Positions 41,405-52,900 of a DNA stretch of 64,000 nucleotides are shown piece by piece. The stretch is from Podarcis tiliguerta (Eukaryota): NCBI GenBank assembly GCA_965153285.1, contig OZ229119.1, one strand, 5' to 3'. Under the pieces are notes generated by a model. The model made no database searches. It saw nothing but the letters and a program-made list of their open reading frames with translations, and was not told the origin of the DNA. Every line of letters starts with the position of its first letter. The first letter of the stretch is position 1. Position numbers and translations under genes: made by a program.

Positions 41405-42432
41405 ATGGAGGGGGAGGGAACAGCTGCAGTCGCCTGCGGTTCCTGCGCAATGTTTGCCATCTTGTAAAGGTTGCAGGCAGCTTTACCTGCAGCAATTGCA
41501 TGTTGATTGCCCTCTTAGAAGACAAAGTCCAGCAACTGGAGGAACGTGTAGCTACGCTCCAAAGAATTAGAGAGCTGGAGCTCTTCTTGGAAGCAACAGA
41601 GCACACCGTCTCCACCAAGGAGGAGACAGGGGACTCCCCTGAGAAGGAGGCTAGTTCACCAACACAGGAGCCAGATATATGGAGAAATGTGACTCAAAGA
41701 AGTAGGAGGCCCAGGGTTCGCTCTGATTGTTTAGAAATACACAATCGCTTTGAGGTCCTCTCCCCTAGCATGGAAGACGAAGAGCAGATTCCATTTGAGG
41801 ATCTCTCCCTCATTACAGTCGATCAGGTATATGAAGACGAGCAGCAAAGTCAGAACTCAGGGAATGTGCAGGTGACCTTGGAACGGACAGCTCACGGAAG
41901 AACCCCGACCAAACCTAAGAGGAGGCGTGTAGTGGTGATAGGGGATTCCCTACTGAGGGGAACAGAAGCAGTGATCTGTGGGCCTGACAAGATGTCTCGG
42001 GAAGTGTGCTGTCTCCCCGGGGCTAAGATCCAAGATGTAACTGAACGACTGCCAGGAATCATAAAACCCACTGACAAATACCCCTTCCTCTTGGTTCATG
42101 TGGGAACCAATGACACTGCAAGCAATAGCCTCCAGAAGATCAAAAGAGACTACGAGGCTCTGGGCAGGAAATTGAAGCAATTAAATGCACAAATCGTCAT
42201 CTCATCTGTCCTCCCAGTTGAACGACGTGGCCCAGGGAGAGAGGGGAAAATAGTGGAAGTAAACAGCTGGCTTCGCAAATGGTGTAAACAGGAACGGTTT
42301 GGATTCTTAGATCACGGACTGCAGTTTTTTGAAGATAGACTTCTGGCAAGCGATGGGCTGCACCTCACAACGGTTGGGAGGAATGTTTTTGCCAAAAATC
42401 TCAGAAACCTTATCAGGAGTGCTTTAAACTGA
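41405..42432 (+). pseudogene. CR1 ORF1 (zinc finger, coiled coil, SGNH/GDSL esterase), one frameshift near 41465
   Basis: CGSC...CSNC zinc finger split across two frames; esterase blocks VVVIGDSLLRG, HVGTND and DGLH. Confidence 0.9.
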
Positions 42433-42437
42433 CTAAT

Positions 42438-44403
42438 GTGGGGGAGGGAGACAGTGCTCCTGAAGGTAGGAGTCTATCAATTGATGAAGATGATCATCCA
42501 AATGTCATAGACCAAATGGAGCAAACAGCACGCAGACCTAGTGGTGGGAGGAAAAAATCCTTAAATAAGAGACACGGGGGAATGATTAATGGACTTCAAT
42601 GTCTGTACACTAATGCGCAAAGCATGGGAAATAAACAAGATGAGCTTGAGCTCTTGGTACAGCAAACTAAATATGACATAATAGGCATCACTGAAACCTG
42701 GTGGGATAAGTCCCACGATTGAAATGTAATAATGGAGGGATACAATCTATTTCAGAGAAACAGACCAGACAAGAAAGGAGGAGGAGTGGCGTTATATGTC
42801 AGGGATGTGTATACCTGTGAAGAGATCCAAGATTTAGAACCTCAAAGCCAAAGTGAGAGCATTTGGGTCAAAATTACGGGAGAGAAGAATAACAGCGACC
42901 TCATTGTGGGAGTTTACTATAGATCCCCAAGCCAAATGGAGGACATAGATGATGCCTTCCTGGAACAGATGGCCAAGCATGCAAAAGGAAGGGAGATAGT
43001 AGTAATGGGGGACTTCAATTACCCGGATATTTGTTGGATGTCAAACTCAGCCAAGAGCATAAGGTCAAACAGATTCCTCACTGGCCTTGCAGACAACTTC
43101 ATTGACCAGAAAGTGGGAGAAGCAACAAGAGGAACAGCCATTTTAGATCTGGTCCTAACCAATGTTGATGACCTGGTTAGTGGGGTAGAAGTGGAAGGAT
43201 CACTAGGCGCGAGTGATCATGCTCTTCTGAAGTTTACTATACAGCGGAAAGGAGCAGCCAAGCATACTAGGACTCAATTTCTTGACTTTAAGAAAGCCGA
43301 CTTCATAAAACTTAGGGAAGTGCTGAGTGAGATCCCATGGACAGTAATACTAAAAGGAGAGGGAGTTCATGATGGCTGGGAGTTTGTTAAGAGGGAGATA
43401 GTAAAAGCACAACTTCAGGCAATACCAATGAGACGGAAACATGGAAGGTGCCTAAAGATGCCAGGGTGGCTATCTAAAGAACTTTTAACTGAGTTAAGAT
43501 TAAAAAAGGATGTGTACAAAAAATGGAAAAGGGGGGAAACCACCAAAGAGGAATTCAAACAAATAGCCAGCACGTGTAGACACAAAGTCAGAAAAGCTAA
43601 AGCACAGAATGAACTCAGGCTTGCTAGAGAGGTTAAAAGCAACAAAAAAGGCTTTTATGGGTATGTTCGTAGCAAAAGGAAGAACAAAGAAACAGTGGGG
43701 TCACTCAGAGGAGATGGTGAAATGCAAACAGGGGACACAGAAAGGGCTGAACTCCTCAATGCCTTCTTTGCCTCAGTCTTCTCCGATAAAGAAAACAATG
43801 CCCGACCTGAAGAATTTGGAGCAAATGATTCAGCAGAGGAAACACAGCCCAGAATAACTAAGGAGATAGTACAAGAATACTTGGCTAGTTTAGATGTATT
43901 CAAGTCTCTAGGGCCAGATGAACTGCATCCAAGAGTATGAAAAGAACTGGCAGATGTGATCTCAGAACCACTGGCAGTCATCTTTGAGAATTCCTGGAGA
44001 ACAGGCGAAGTCCCGGCAGACTGGAGGAGGGCAAATGGTGTCCCTATTTTCAAAAAGGGGGAAAGAGAGGACCCAAATAATTACCGCCCAGTCAGTCTGA
44101 CATCAATACCAGGGAAGATTCTGAAGCAGATCATTAAGCAAACAGTCTGTGAGCACCTAGAAAGGAATGCTGTGATCACCAATAGTCAGCATGGATTTCT
44201 GAAAAATAAGTCATGTCAGACTAACCTGATCTCGTTTTTTGACAGAATTACAAGCCTGGTAGATGAAGGGAACACAGTGGATGTAGCCTACCTTGATTTC
44301 AGCAAGGCATTTGACAAGGTGCCCCATGATATTCTTGTAAAGAAGCTGGTAAAATGCGGTCTTGACTATGCTACCACTCAGTGGATTTGTAACTGGCTGA
44401 CTG
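42438..44403 (+). pseudogene. CR1 ORF2 (APE endonuclease and N-terminal RT), two nonsense codons
   Basis: YTNAQS, GITETW, GDFNYPDI, SDH, NYRPVSLTS and YLDFSKAFD all in one frame, with TGA at 42720 and 43938. Confidence 0.93.
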
Positions 44404-45354
44404 ATTGATTGATGAAAAAGTGCTTTTCCCCCCTGAGATGCTAACTTTCTCTCTGCATGTCATTCCTTGAACAGCTTCCTGTGCCAAGATAAGGCTTGCT
44501 TTCATTGCTGTGCTCATTTTGACCAGTGTTGCGTGGAGCGAAATGCAACCAGTGGGCTGAAAAATGTCCCCCTCCTACCTCCTTGGGTTTCTGGTGTGGC
44601 CTTCTCAGATATTGGCACAACATGGGGTGTGTGTGATTTGGCTGCTGCCCTGTGCTCACCATTGTGAGGGCTGAGGGGGTGGTGGTGATGCCTCCCCAGA
44701 TGCTGCTATTGTCTGTAGGTTGACTGCAATGTCACAAAAACATTTGGCAGCTGAGCAGGTATAAATGTGGGCCAAGGCACAAGCCTCGGCAGTTGCCCTC
44801 CCCAGAGAGAAATGGGCAGCTCGGTGGCACTCAGCCCTGGTGGTCTCCTGCCCCGTGGCGGCAAGCTGGCAAGCGGAAGGAGGCAATCGCCCGGTGCTGG
44901 GATGCTGTGGAGCAAGGAGAAGGCAAGTACAAAATATACTTGCTGGTGAGATTGCTACCTGAAGGCGACTGATATTCCGCTCTGCAGCTGGTTGATGTCT
45001 GGCAATGGACCTGGCAAGGCTGCAGCTGGTGGGTGGTTGTCGGAAGAGTTTGTATTCAGGCTAGTGGATGCCGCAAGGCTACGCTGGCTGAGATGGATGC
45101 AAACTGGTTTGGAAGCCTTGTTTGTTAACAGGCAGCCAAACAGAGGAGTTGTCGGGGGGATGCTGTTGGATGGTGGCCATTCCCCTCACCTGTTTGCCTT
45201 TGCCTTACAGGGATGTCCAGAGCTGGTGAGGTTTTCCCCAAGTCCCGCCTTCAAAATCATGAAGAGAACTGCAGGACGTCCATATTAACATCGGAGAAAT
45301 GAACGTGAAATACTGGCAGTGAGCAATGGACAAGGCTGTGACGCTTTGAACAGG

Positions 45355-45730
45355 AATGGCTTCCCCTCAGGGATTCTGGGAACTGTAGGTAGTTAAGGGA
45401 ATGGAGAGTTGTTAGGGTGGTTAAGGATTAGGATTTGGGTTAAGGTTAGGGTTAGGGTTCCCTTCTTGTCAGGGAACTCTGGGAGTTGTAGCTCTAGTTA
45501 AGGGTTAAGGGTTAGGGTTAGGTTTAGAGTCAGGGGTAGTGTTAGGATTAGGGGTAGGGTTTCCTTCTTGGCAGGGAACTCTGGGAGTTGTAGCTCTGGG
45601 AGGGGAGTAGGGGGTCTCCTAACAACTCTCAGCACCCTTTTCAAACTATAGCTCCCAGATTCTTTGGGGGAAGGAGCCATGAGTGTTTAAAGCGGGTTGA
45701 TAGTGCTTTAAATGGTGTGGATGTGGCCCT
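45355..45730. mobile_element. Squamate MITE (ctgggaactgtag / ctatagctcccag type) carrying degenerate (TTAGGG)n arrays
   Basis: Inverted atggcttcccc...ggggaaggagccat termini; internal ggttagggttaggg tracts. Confidence 0.65.
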
Positions 45731-47186
45731 GGCCTCGCTCACCCCACTGCCTCTTATTATTGAGGAATCGAAAGGATTTCTCCATTCAGATCTCTCGGAA
45801 ACAGGAAGAAGAAAGACTTTGTATCTCATGCCATTTTGAAATGTCTTAACGTGAAATGCCAATAAAGGTATTTGTATTGTATTGTATTGTATTGTGATTA
45901 ACATGGGAAGTGGAATGGTAAAATGTTAATGAGGTGGACATGATACTTCTGTAAACTGGCATGTTTCTTGTGGGCGTGGAAGGAGGGACTTGTGGCCGGA
46001 CAAGCGACTTTATAAGATGTGTTTTTCCTGATGATGTGCCTGATCTTGGGTTACCCCCCTTGCAAGTGTGTATAATAAAAAGGTTTCCTAATTCACCCAT
46101 TTTGTCCAGATCACTTTATTTAAAAGGATCCAGTGAACTTAACTCAAAGGAACCAGTTTATTTATGTCTCACAAAGGGGGGGGGGACACCACAGCTGCAC
46201 ACCCACCTCCCTTCCCTGCCTGCTATCTCCCCTTCCTCCACCCCACTGGCAGTGCATCCTCCCCCCACCCCCTCCCCAAAAAGCTCGCTGTGACCCAAGA
46301 CGTTTTGCACTCACCTGAACCCTTGCAGGGAAAGGGGCAGGGCACAATGGGAAGGGGCGTGGCAACTGGGCTGCTTAAACCACGCCCCCTTTCCAACGGA
46401 AGCGGCATGGAGGGGTCAGTATCCAGCACCCCCTTCTCTGCCTTTCTTGAACTCTTTGACTTTAACCCTTAAGACTATGCAAGTGAAACAGCCACCATCC
46501 CTCCCTGAGTTTTTCAGCAAGGTCTTCCCTTTTTAGGGGGTGGGGTGAAATGTACTTTTGTTTAAACCGTGAGGAGGGAGAAAGGGAAGAATAAAGACGC
46601 AGAGTCAGCTTCCAGGACTAATGAAAAGATTGTTTAGCCTTCGACAGGCAATTCTTTGGAAATAAATCAGAGGAAGGGTTACACGCCTCAGCCTGAGTAG
46701 ACATCCATCCCAATGCACTTTGGTATCATTAGCACAAATGGAATACGCCTCTGGTATTTCTTTTCATTTAAGGTGCCCTGAGAGGGTAGGCATATTATTC
46801 AGCAGAGCTTGTATTTCCCTTTCCGACATGATGTGGGGAGAAATACCAATCTCATGACTCCATGGGTGGTTTATTCAGGGGCAGGTGGGGGGACGTTTAT
46901 ACTCTGCACTCACATTCTGCACAACTCATGAGACACTACAGAAATAAACTGCCTGCTTGGCATGAAAGAAGCTAAGCCACATGAGATGAGGCCTGATACT
47001 GGCTTCACCCCAAGTCTCTCTCCCAATCTCACAAGGCCAGGAGATGCCAAGCTATGCCCTTGTGATATTTGAGGCCATGGCACCCAGGAAGCTTCCTTCT
47101 GTGCCTGCTGTATTCTCCTTCTCTGCAGGCATTGCCACAGGTCAGGGAGAGCATTTTCTTCCCCTCATCACAACTGACAAAATGGC

Positions 47187-47538
47187 ACCACAGCACTTGG
47201 GCTTGCCGATCAGAAGGTTGGCGGTTTGAATCCGCACAACGGGGTGAGCTCCTGTTGCTCTGTCCCAGCTCCTGCCAACCTAGCGGTTCAAAAGCACGCC
47301 AGTGCAAGTAGATAAATAGGTACCGCTGCGATGGCAAGGTAAACGCCGTTTCTGTGCGCTCTGGTTTCTGTCATGGTGTTCCGTTGCGCCAGAAGCGGCT
47401 TAGTCATGCTGGCCACATGACTCGGAAAGCTGTCTGTGGACAAACACTGGCTCCCTTGGCCTGAAAGCGAGATGAGTGCCACACCCCATAGTCACCTTCA
47501 ACTGGACTTAACTGTCCAGGGGTCCTTCACCTTTTTTT
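47187..47538 (+). mobile_element. Sauria SINE
   Basis: cttgccgatcagaaggttggcggtttgaatcc...gcaagtagataaataggtacc...caggggtccttcacc. Confidence 0.92.
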
Positions 47539-47780
47539 ACACGGGGTGGGGAGGAGTGGGGGGGGGATTCAATTCAGTTCTCATTTAAATACAAACCTAC
47601 CTAATTCACACTGAAACAGTACATGGACTGAAACATAGCCATCCTTTGAAATTCACACCTCTCCAAATTTTTCATTGCAGTTCTCCAGCCAAGTAATGTG
47701 TACAAAAATGCATATGCTAGGATAAAGTGTCTACCACAATGCAAATAATAACATAAACAAATGTGTATATTGAAGTGTAT

Positions 47781-47964
47781 GGGGTGTTAGGGGAGGAGTA
47801 GTACTTCTGGTAGCGGACACGTCATGCTTCTTTTGAGGAAGCTTGTCCACTTTTGGTCTCCATCCTGCAGTCAGCTCTCACCTTTGGCTCCTAGAAGCTG
47901 TCAGCATGCGACAGCGGCCACACCCTGGGAACGGCTTCCACTGGCCGGCTAAACCAGGTGAGGG
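47781..47964 (+). ncRNA. HDV-like self-cleaving ribozyme (predicted)
   Basis: Hand-folded nested double pseudoknot: P1 47781-87/47920-26 with G1-U wobble, P2 47875-83/47956-64, P3 47886-88/47917-19, L3 UCCUAGAA, P1.1 CC/GG, P4 CGGC/GCCG, J4/2 CUAA with C47949. Confidence 0.75.
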
Positions 47965-48460
47965 GAGCCGATGGGTTTTAAACCCTCAGTGAGTTAGGGA
48001 CTCACTGCATGTGAAGACAAGCTCTGGCAGATTGGGTGGACGAAACCAAGAATGGGTCCAACAGTCAAGAAAGGTGTTGTAGAGGGAAGTGAGGGGCCTG
48101 TCAACCTGGGAACATAGCCGATCTAGGAGAAGGAAAGCTAACCTCTGCTGCCTTGCAGGATATCTTCAGGAAAAGAAAAGGTTAAGAAGTAAACGCCACA
48201 AAACCAGAGTGGAGTCTCCAAGATGGCTTCTTGTATGCCTCCTTCTGGCAGCCAAGCTGGTGCCAAATGTCTTATTCGGTTTTCCTTTCGACCCCATCAG
48301 TGAGGCCAAGAGAGTCTTGTCATCTGGGCAGCCCAGGACCTCCATGCACAAAGCCCAGCCTTGCACCCAGGGAGGTTACTTTGGCACTGCTAACACAGCA
48401 GATTGGCTTCATTCCCAGAGGCACACTCCACTGTCTCTCAAGACAGACGGATGCTAACTA
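47781..48460 (+). mobile_element. Non-autonomous RTE-derived retroelement (5' UTR fused to 3' end, no ORF)
   Basis: RTE 5' UTR motif gatctaggagaaggaaa; RTE-type 3' end cactccactgtctctcaagacagacggatgctaac; interrupts an older DNA transposon. Confidence 0.75.
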
Positions 48461-49935
48461 GAACATTAGGGGAAATTTGTAGTAAAATGCTGATTAATTT
48501 TCATGGGAATTTTTAGCACCCCCCTGCCCCCCTAATTGTTGTGGAAATGTGGAGGACTGAACCACATGCTAGAAACTGAATAAACCAAACAAATCTGTTT
48601 ATTCCTACATTGAAATAAGAGCCAGTTCTGTCATAATAATTATCCTGCATTTATATCACTTCTGTGTAAGAAATGGTGTGTTCATTCACATGTATGAAGA
48701 ATGCAGTGTGGCGTATCTATTTATCTTATGGGGCAGTGAACAAAGTTATATCCCACATAGGAGAATTGTCATGCATGAAAGGAGTCTTCAGTACATAACA
48801 GTCTCTGTGCGATTAGGCCTGCTTTCTGAGGCTGGAATTCTCCACTGAGTCTACAAAATCCTTTCCCAAGGGCACATTGTCTACAGTCTTATTGAGCACC
48901 TTGTTGATGAAAAATTACTAGAGCCCTTACTGCCTGGATGGCTATTCATCTATACAAAACTGGAATACATTCATACTACAAAAGTGTATTGGTTTTAAAT
49001 CAGTTAAACTCTCACAGCTTCTTCCGAAAAATATTGGGAACTGTAGTTTGGTGGAAATCCTCTTGGTGAGAAAATGATGACCTTTGTTAGTGCTGAAAAG
49101 GGAATAGGTTTTGAACTGGTTTAAGTCTATAATGCATCTATGCCATTAATAAAAACTGGCAGATTGGGGAGCCCTGACCTGTACACTTCATAGGTGAAGA
49201 AAATTTGGGGAAAGAGGTGGACTAGAAATGCAACAAACAAACAAACTTGCAATGTGGGGGCAAATGAGCACTCTCTCACGTGCACTCTGAGGTGGCGTGA
49301 GCGCTTGAGCAGATTGTCCTCATTTTTTGTTTTGTTCCTTCTAAGCTTCTTAGTGTGAAGGCAGTTATCCCATGGCTTCGTATCATGTAAGACAGATGGC
49401 CAGACCAGGAAATCAAAACCTCCCTGTTTGCTTTATGGGGCTCCTTGCCTTATTTATGTAGTTATAAGTGCCAGTTGTACTTTGCCTTCAGAGAAAAATA
49501 ATAATGAAACATTTAAAAAACTGCTCCTGGGATTGGGGAAGGAGGTGATATCACAGGTACCAGCCAATCCACACCACTGACAGCTAGTTTCTGTTGTAGA
49601 CTTGCAGACCCAGTTATTTCAGGGACTGACCCAGGTGATGAAAAAGCACATTTGAACTGACCACAGCAAGGCCTATCAATCTGTATCTGCTCCATTTCCT
49701 TAGTTTTACACAGAATTTAAGCGGTGTGCTTTATTTCAGGTTTGCTAAACCTGTGGCCATTCAAACCACTTCAAAATGATAGGCAAACATACTGCTTTCC
49801 CCCACCCCATTCCCCATGAAGTAGGAATCCCAGCCTGCATTTTTAAGATAAACAGCTCTCAGTCTGACACATAAAGACAGTTGGGTTTTGGTGCAGTCTG
49901 CAGCAATCAGTGACACACTATCCAACTGAGAAGTC

Positions 49936-49936
<1 letters not shown>

Positions 49937-49989
<53 letters not shown>

Positions 49990-49993
49990 TATT
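49937..49993. repeat. (TTA)n microsatellite
   Basis: Directly visible tandem repeat. Confidence 0.95.
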
Positions 49994-52900
49994 AGAAGAA
50001 GTTGAAAGCAGAATTAGGTGAAAGCAGAATTCCGAACAGCAAAACTAGAAAGGAATTAAAAAGAGTTAGCTATATCCATGACTTCACCAGGTAGTTGTAA
50101 GGGGAAATTAAGAGGAAGGTCTGTACGCACAGATTCTGCGTGATGAGGTCTCCTGCTTTTCCCAGGGTTCCTGGTTGTGCACAAAAGTAGTACACCTGTG
50201 CAAGCCTCTGGGGCTGATGATGTAAGGGTCGGGGCCGGGGCTGGCCTGTTAGTTGCCTGAACAGACTAAGGAGGACCAGGGTTTGGAAAGCAAGCTCAAT
50301 ATTTTGAAGGAATAAGACGAGCAAAGTCAGAGATATGGAAGAGGAGAGGATGGTATAGCAGCAGGAGAATAAGTGAAAACTCAAAACAAGAAGCACCATG
50401 TTGTGAGAGGAGAGAGGATGGAAAAGAAGGAGGAAGAGTAGCCGAGAGAAGATTATCTTCCTTATACCTTTAGTGTTCCAAGGCACTGAAGAAGAATCCA
50501 GTTGCTATGACTTCTGGCCTGTTCTTCAACTGGTCACCTTGCCCAACATCCCACCCCCTTCTCATAGTCAGAATTCTGACATACAACACACAGGAAGAGG
50601 ATGGCCCAGGTGACCAGGGAGGGATAGGGTGGGACGTGCAAGGGTTGCACCTTCTCTTTGGGATTAGAACATTTCTAGGCAAGGACTTTGCAAGCTTATT
50701 GGGAGGAGACAGCTAACTCTTTCTAACTCTTTGCCCAGTCACGTTGCGTGGAGTGACATTTGAGATGGTTTTGAAGGCTCCAGCTTGGACAAAATTGCTA
50801 AGGAAACCTTTTTTAAAAGTGTTTTGATTGGGCAGATGGAATTTTAAAAAGTGGGGCAGGGAGGAGAAAGAGAGCCTAAGGCAAAATGTGACATAAATTT
50901 GGAAATTCATAATTAGGGAAAATATCTGAAGAATGCTAAGGGAAGCTAAAAGAATATCTGTGGGAGTAGGAAAAACTATACGTTACACACCATGGTTTAA
51001 CGATCAGTTTGCCACCATTTTTACTGGAAGAGCACTCTGAAACCTAGACATTTAGCAAGTGACATTTCCTGCACCACTTATTTCCAGGAAAGACTTCACA
51101 CCAGCATAATCTGTGTGTGTGTCAGGATGCTGTTCACAACTCAGGAGCAGCTCCAGTAAAAGACTCGCCCGCTCCTGCTATGCTCCACCACAGAGTCATG
51201 TGGCCCCTGCGCATTTGAACAGAATATGCTGGGATACAAATGACTGCACAAAGCATTGCTTTTCAAACTAGGAATGTTTATGCTCGCATTGAAATGCCTT
51301 TTCTGTTTCTTTCACAACTGCTAAGACTATCAGTGATCACTGAGTTTTCCTTTCATATTTTTAAAATTATTACAGTCCAAAGCAGAGGGAGATGGGTGGG
51401 GCAAAAACAAATACCATACTGGTGAGCAATCAGAATTAAAACTGTGGTAAAACTGCTCTCAGTAAAGCTATTTCCCACGACACAACTGCATTCAGTATAA
51501 CCCACAATTGGACAGGCTGCCAATCACTTGCTGTGTCTGCTCAAAGCAGGACCACTTTGAAACCCTAAAGATCACTTAGAGCTTTCTCTGGTCAGGCTGA
51601 AAAGGAATAATCTACAAACACCTGAGAAATGAAATTTTATTTCAAGAACAGACTTCTCGCAAGATATAACTGGGGTGGGGAAGGAGTAGGGGGAGTGACG
51701 ATAGGAAAACTGGAAATAAACAAAAGTTGCACTGAACGTGTCTGAAAACGAGGCTGAAAACCCAATTGTGTGAGAGAATTATTTCTGAATAGCCCTATTC
51801 ATGAAAAAATAATTCTTTCATCACATGAATTATTAGTTGGCCTGGTCGTGTGCCAAACCTGGTTAAACCAAGTCAAGTTTACCCAAATTTCCTCCTGCAA
51901 TTTCTATTCCTTCATCCCCCTTTCGATATCAAGGAGTTGTTACATGCTCCTATGTTCCAACAATGCCCTTGCCCAATTACTGAATGTGCCCCATGTGTAA
52001 AACTGGCTGTGACTCTCTGATAAGGGTTCGCTCAGTGACAGACGCAAGTTAAATGGTTAGGCCCTGTGTGGTAAGTAAGTATTTGGGAAAGGGAAGATGC
52101 CACTTGTTTTGCAAGTTGTAAACCCAAAGACCCAATTCAATACACTATCAACTAGACTTTCCCAAGCCTGCCATGTGGAGGAGGATGGCTGAAAACAAAT
52201 AATTCAGAAGCAGCTTCTGTGCCACGGTGAGCAAAGCTGTCCACGTAGAAATTCCCTCTTCAGACCATACAACTAGTTGCTCTTTTTCTCCTTCCAAACA
52301 TTCCTTTCCTACAGCCAACAGCTTCACACACAAATCATGGAAGGTGGCCAGGAGGCCATCTTCACGGTGTGTGCAAGGCAGACATACGCAGCTTTGGGAC
52401 GAGTTAGGGGTTAAATAATGATTGGGGGAGTCCAGAACCTTTAATAGCTGCATAGAGCAATGCATTTTGGCAGGTGAATCTTGTTATGCAGGGATGAAAA
52501 TCCTCTTCTCCAGAATTATTAAAGGTATATGCTAAAAGCCCTCTAAGGGCAGGCACACTTTATCGACTTAAAACTCAGGGAGGTAGTTCCCTCCTGTACT
52601 TCAAGTTGCGTTTTACATTTCTGTATGCACCATATGATTACATTATTTGTTTTCCCTGCATTACCTGATTTGTTGCTGTGCATCTGCAACCACCCCAACC
52701 ACTAGTCTATGAAGCCACTATCTATGCATGCACAAAAGGTTTCTAAAATGTAACCTCAACTTACATTTTACAATCAGATGTAACTTGGTTTAAGAGAAAG
52801 TGCATCAACCAGCAGTATTTCTCTAGAAACTGCAAGATACGTAACAAACTGTCATGAATTCTCTGCTTCAAACGGAAGTTGTGGAAGTTTACCCAAGCCA

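Larger units (their letters stand above)
41120..44403 (+). mobile_element. CR1 LINE, 5' intact and 3' truncated; 5' boundary approximate
   Basis: 5' UTR, ORF1 and ORF2 in order; sequence breaks off within the RT domain at WICNWLTD. Confidence 0.92.
47541..48607 (+). mobile_element. hAT-like non-autonomous DNA transposon split by the RTE-derived insertion
   Basis: Segments 47541-47772 and 48465-48607 are colinear with the uninterrupted copy at 7200-7534. Confidence 0.65.

Noticed and set aside
45400-45570. True telomere or chromosome fusion site
   Set aside because: Short, degenerate, single-orientation tracts embedded in a MITE, with no head-to-head TTAGGG/CCCTAA junction
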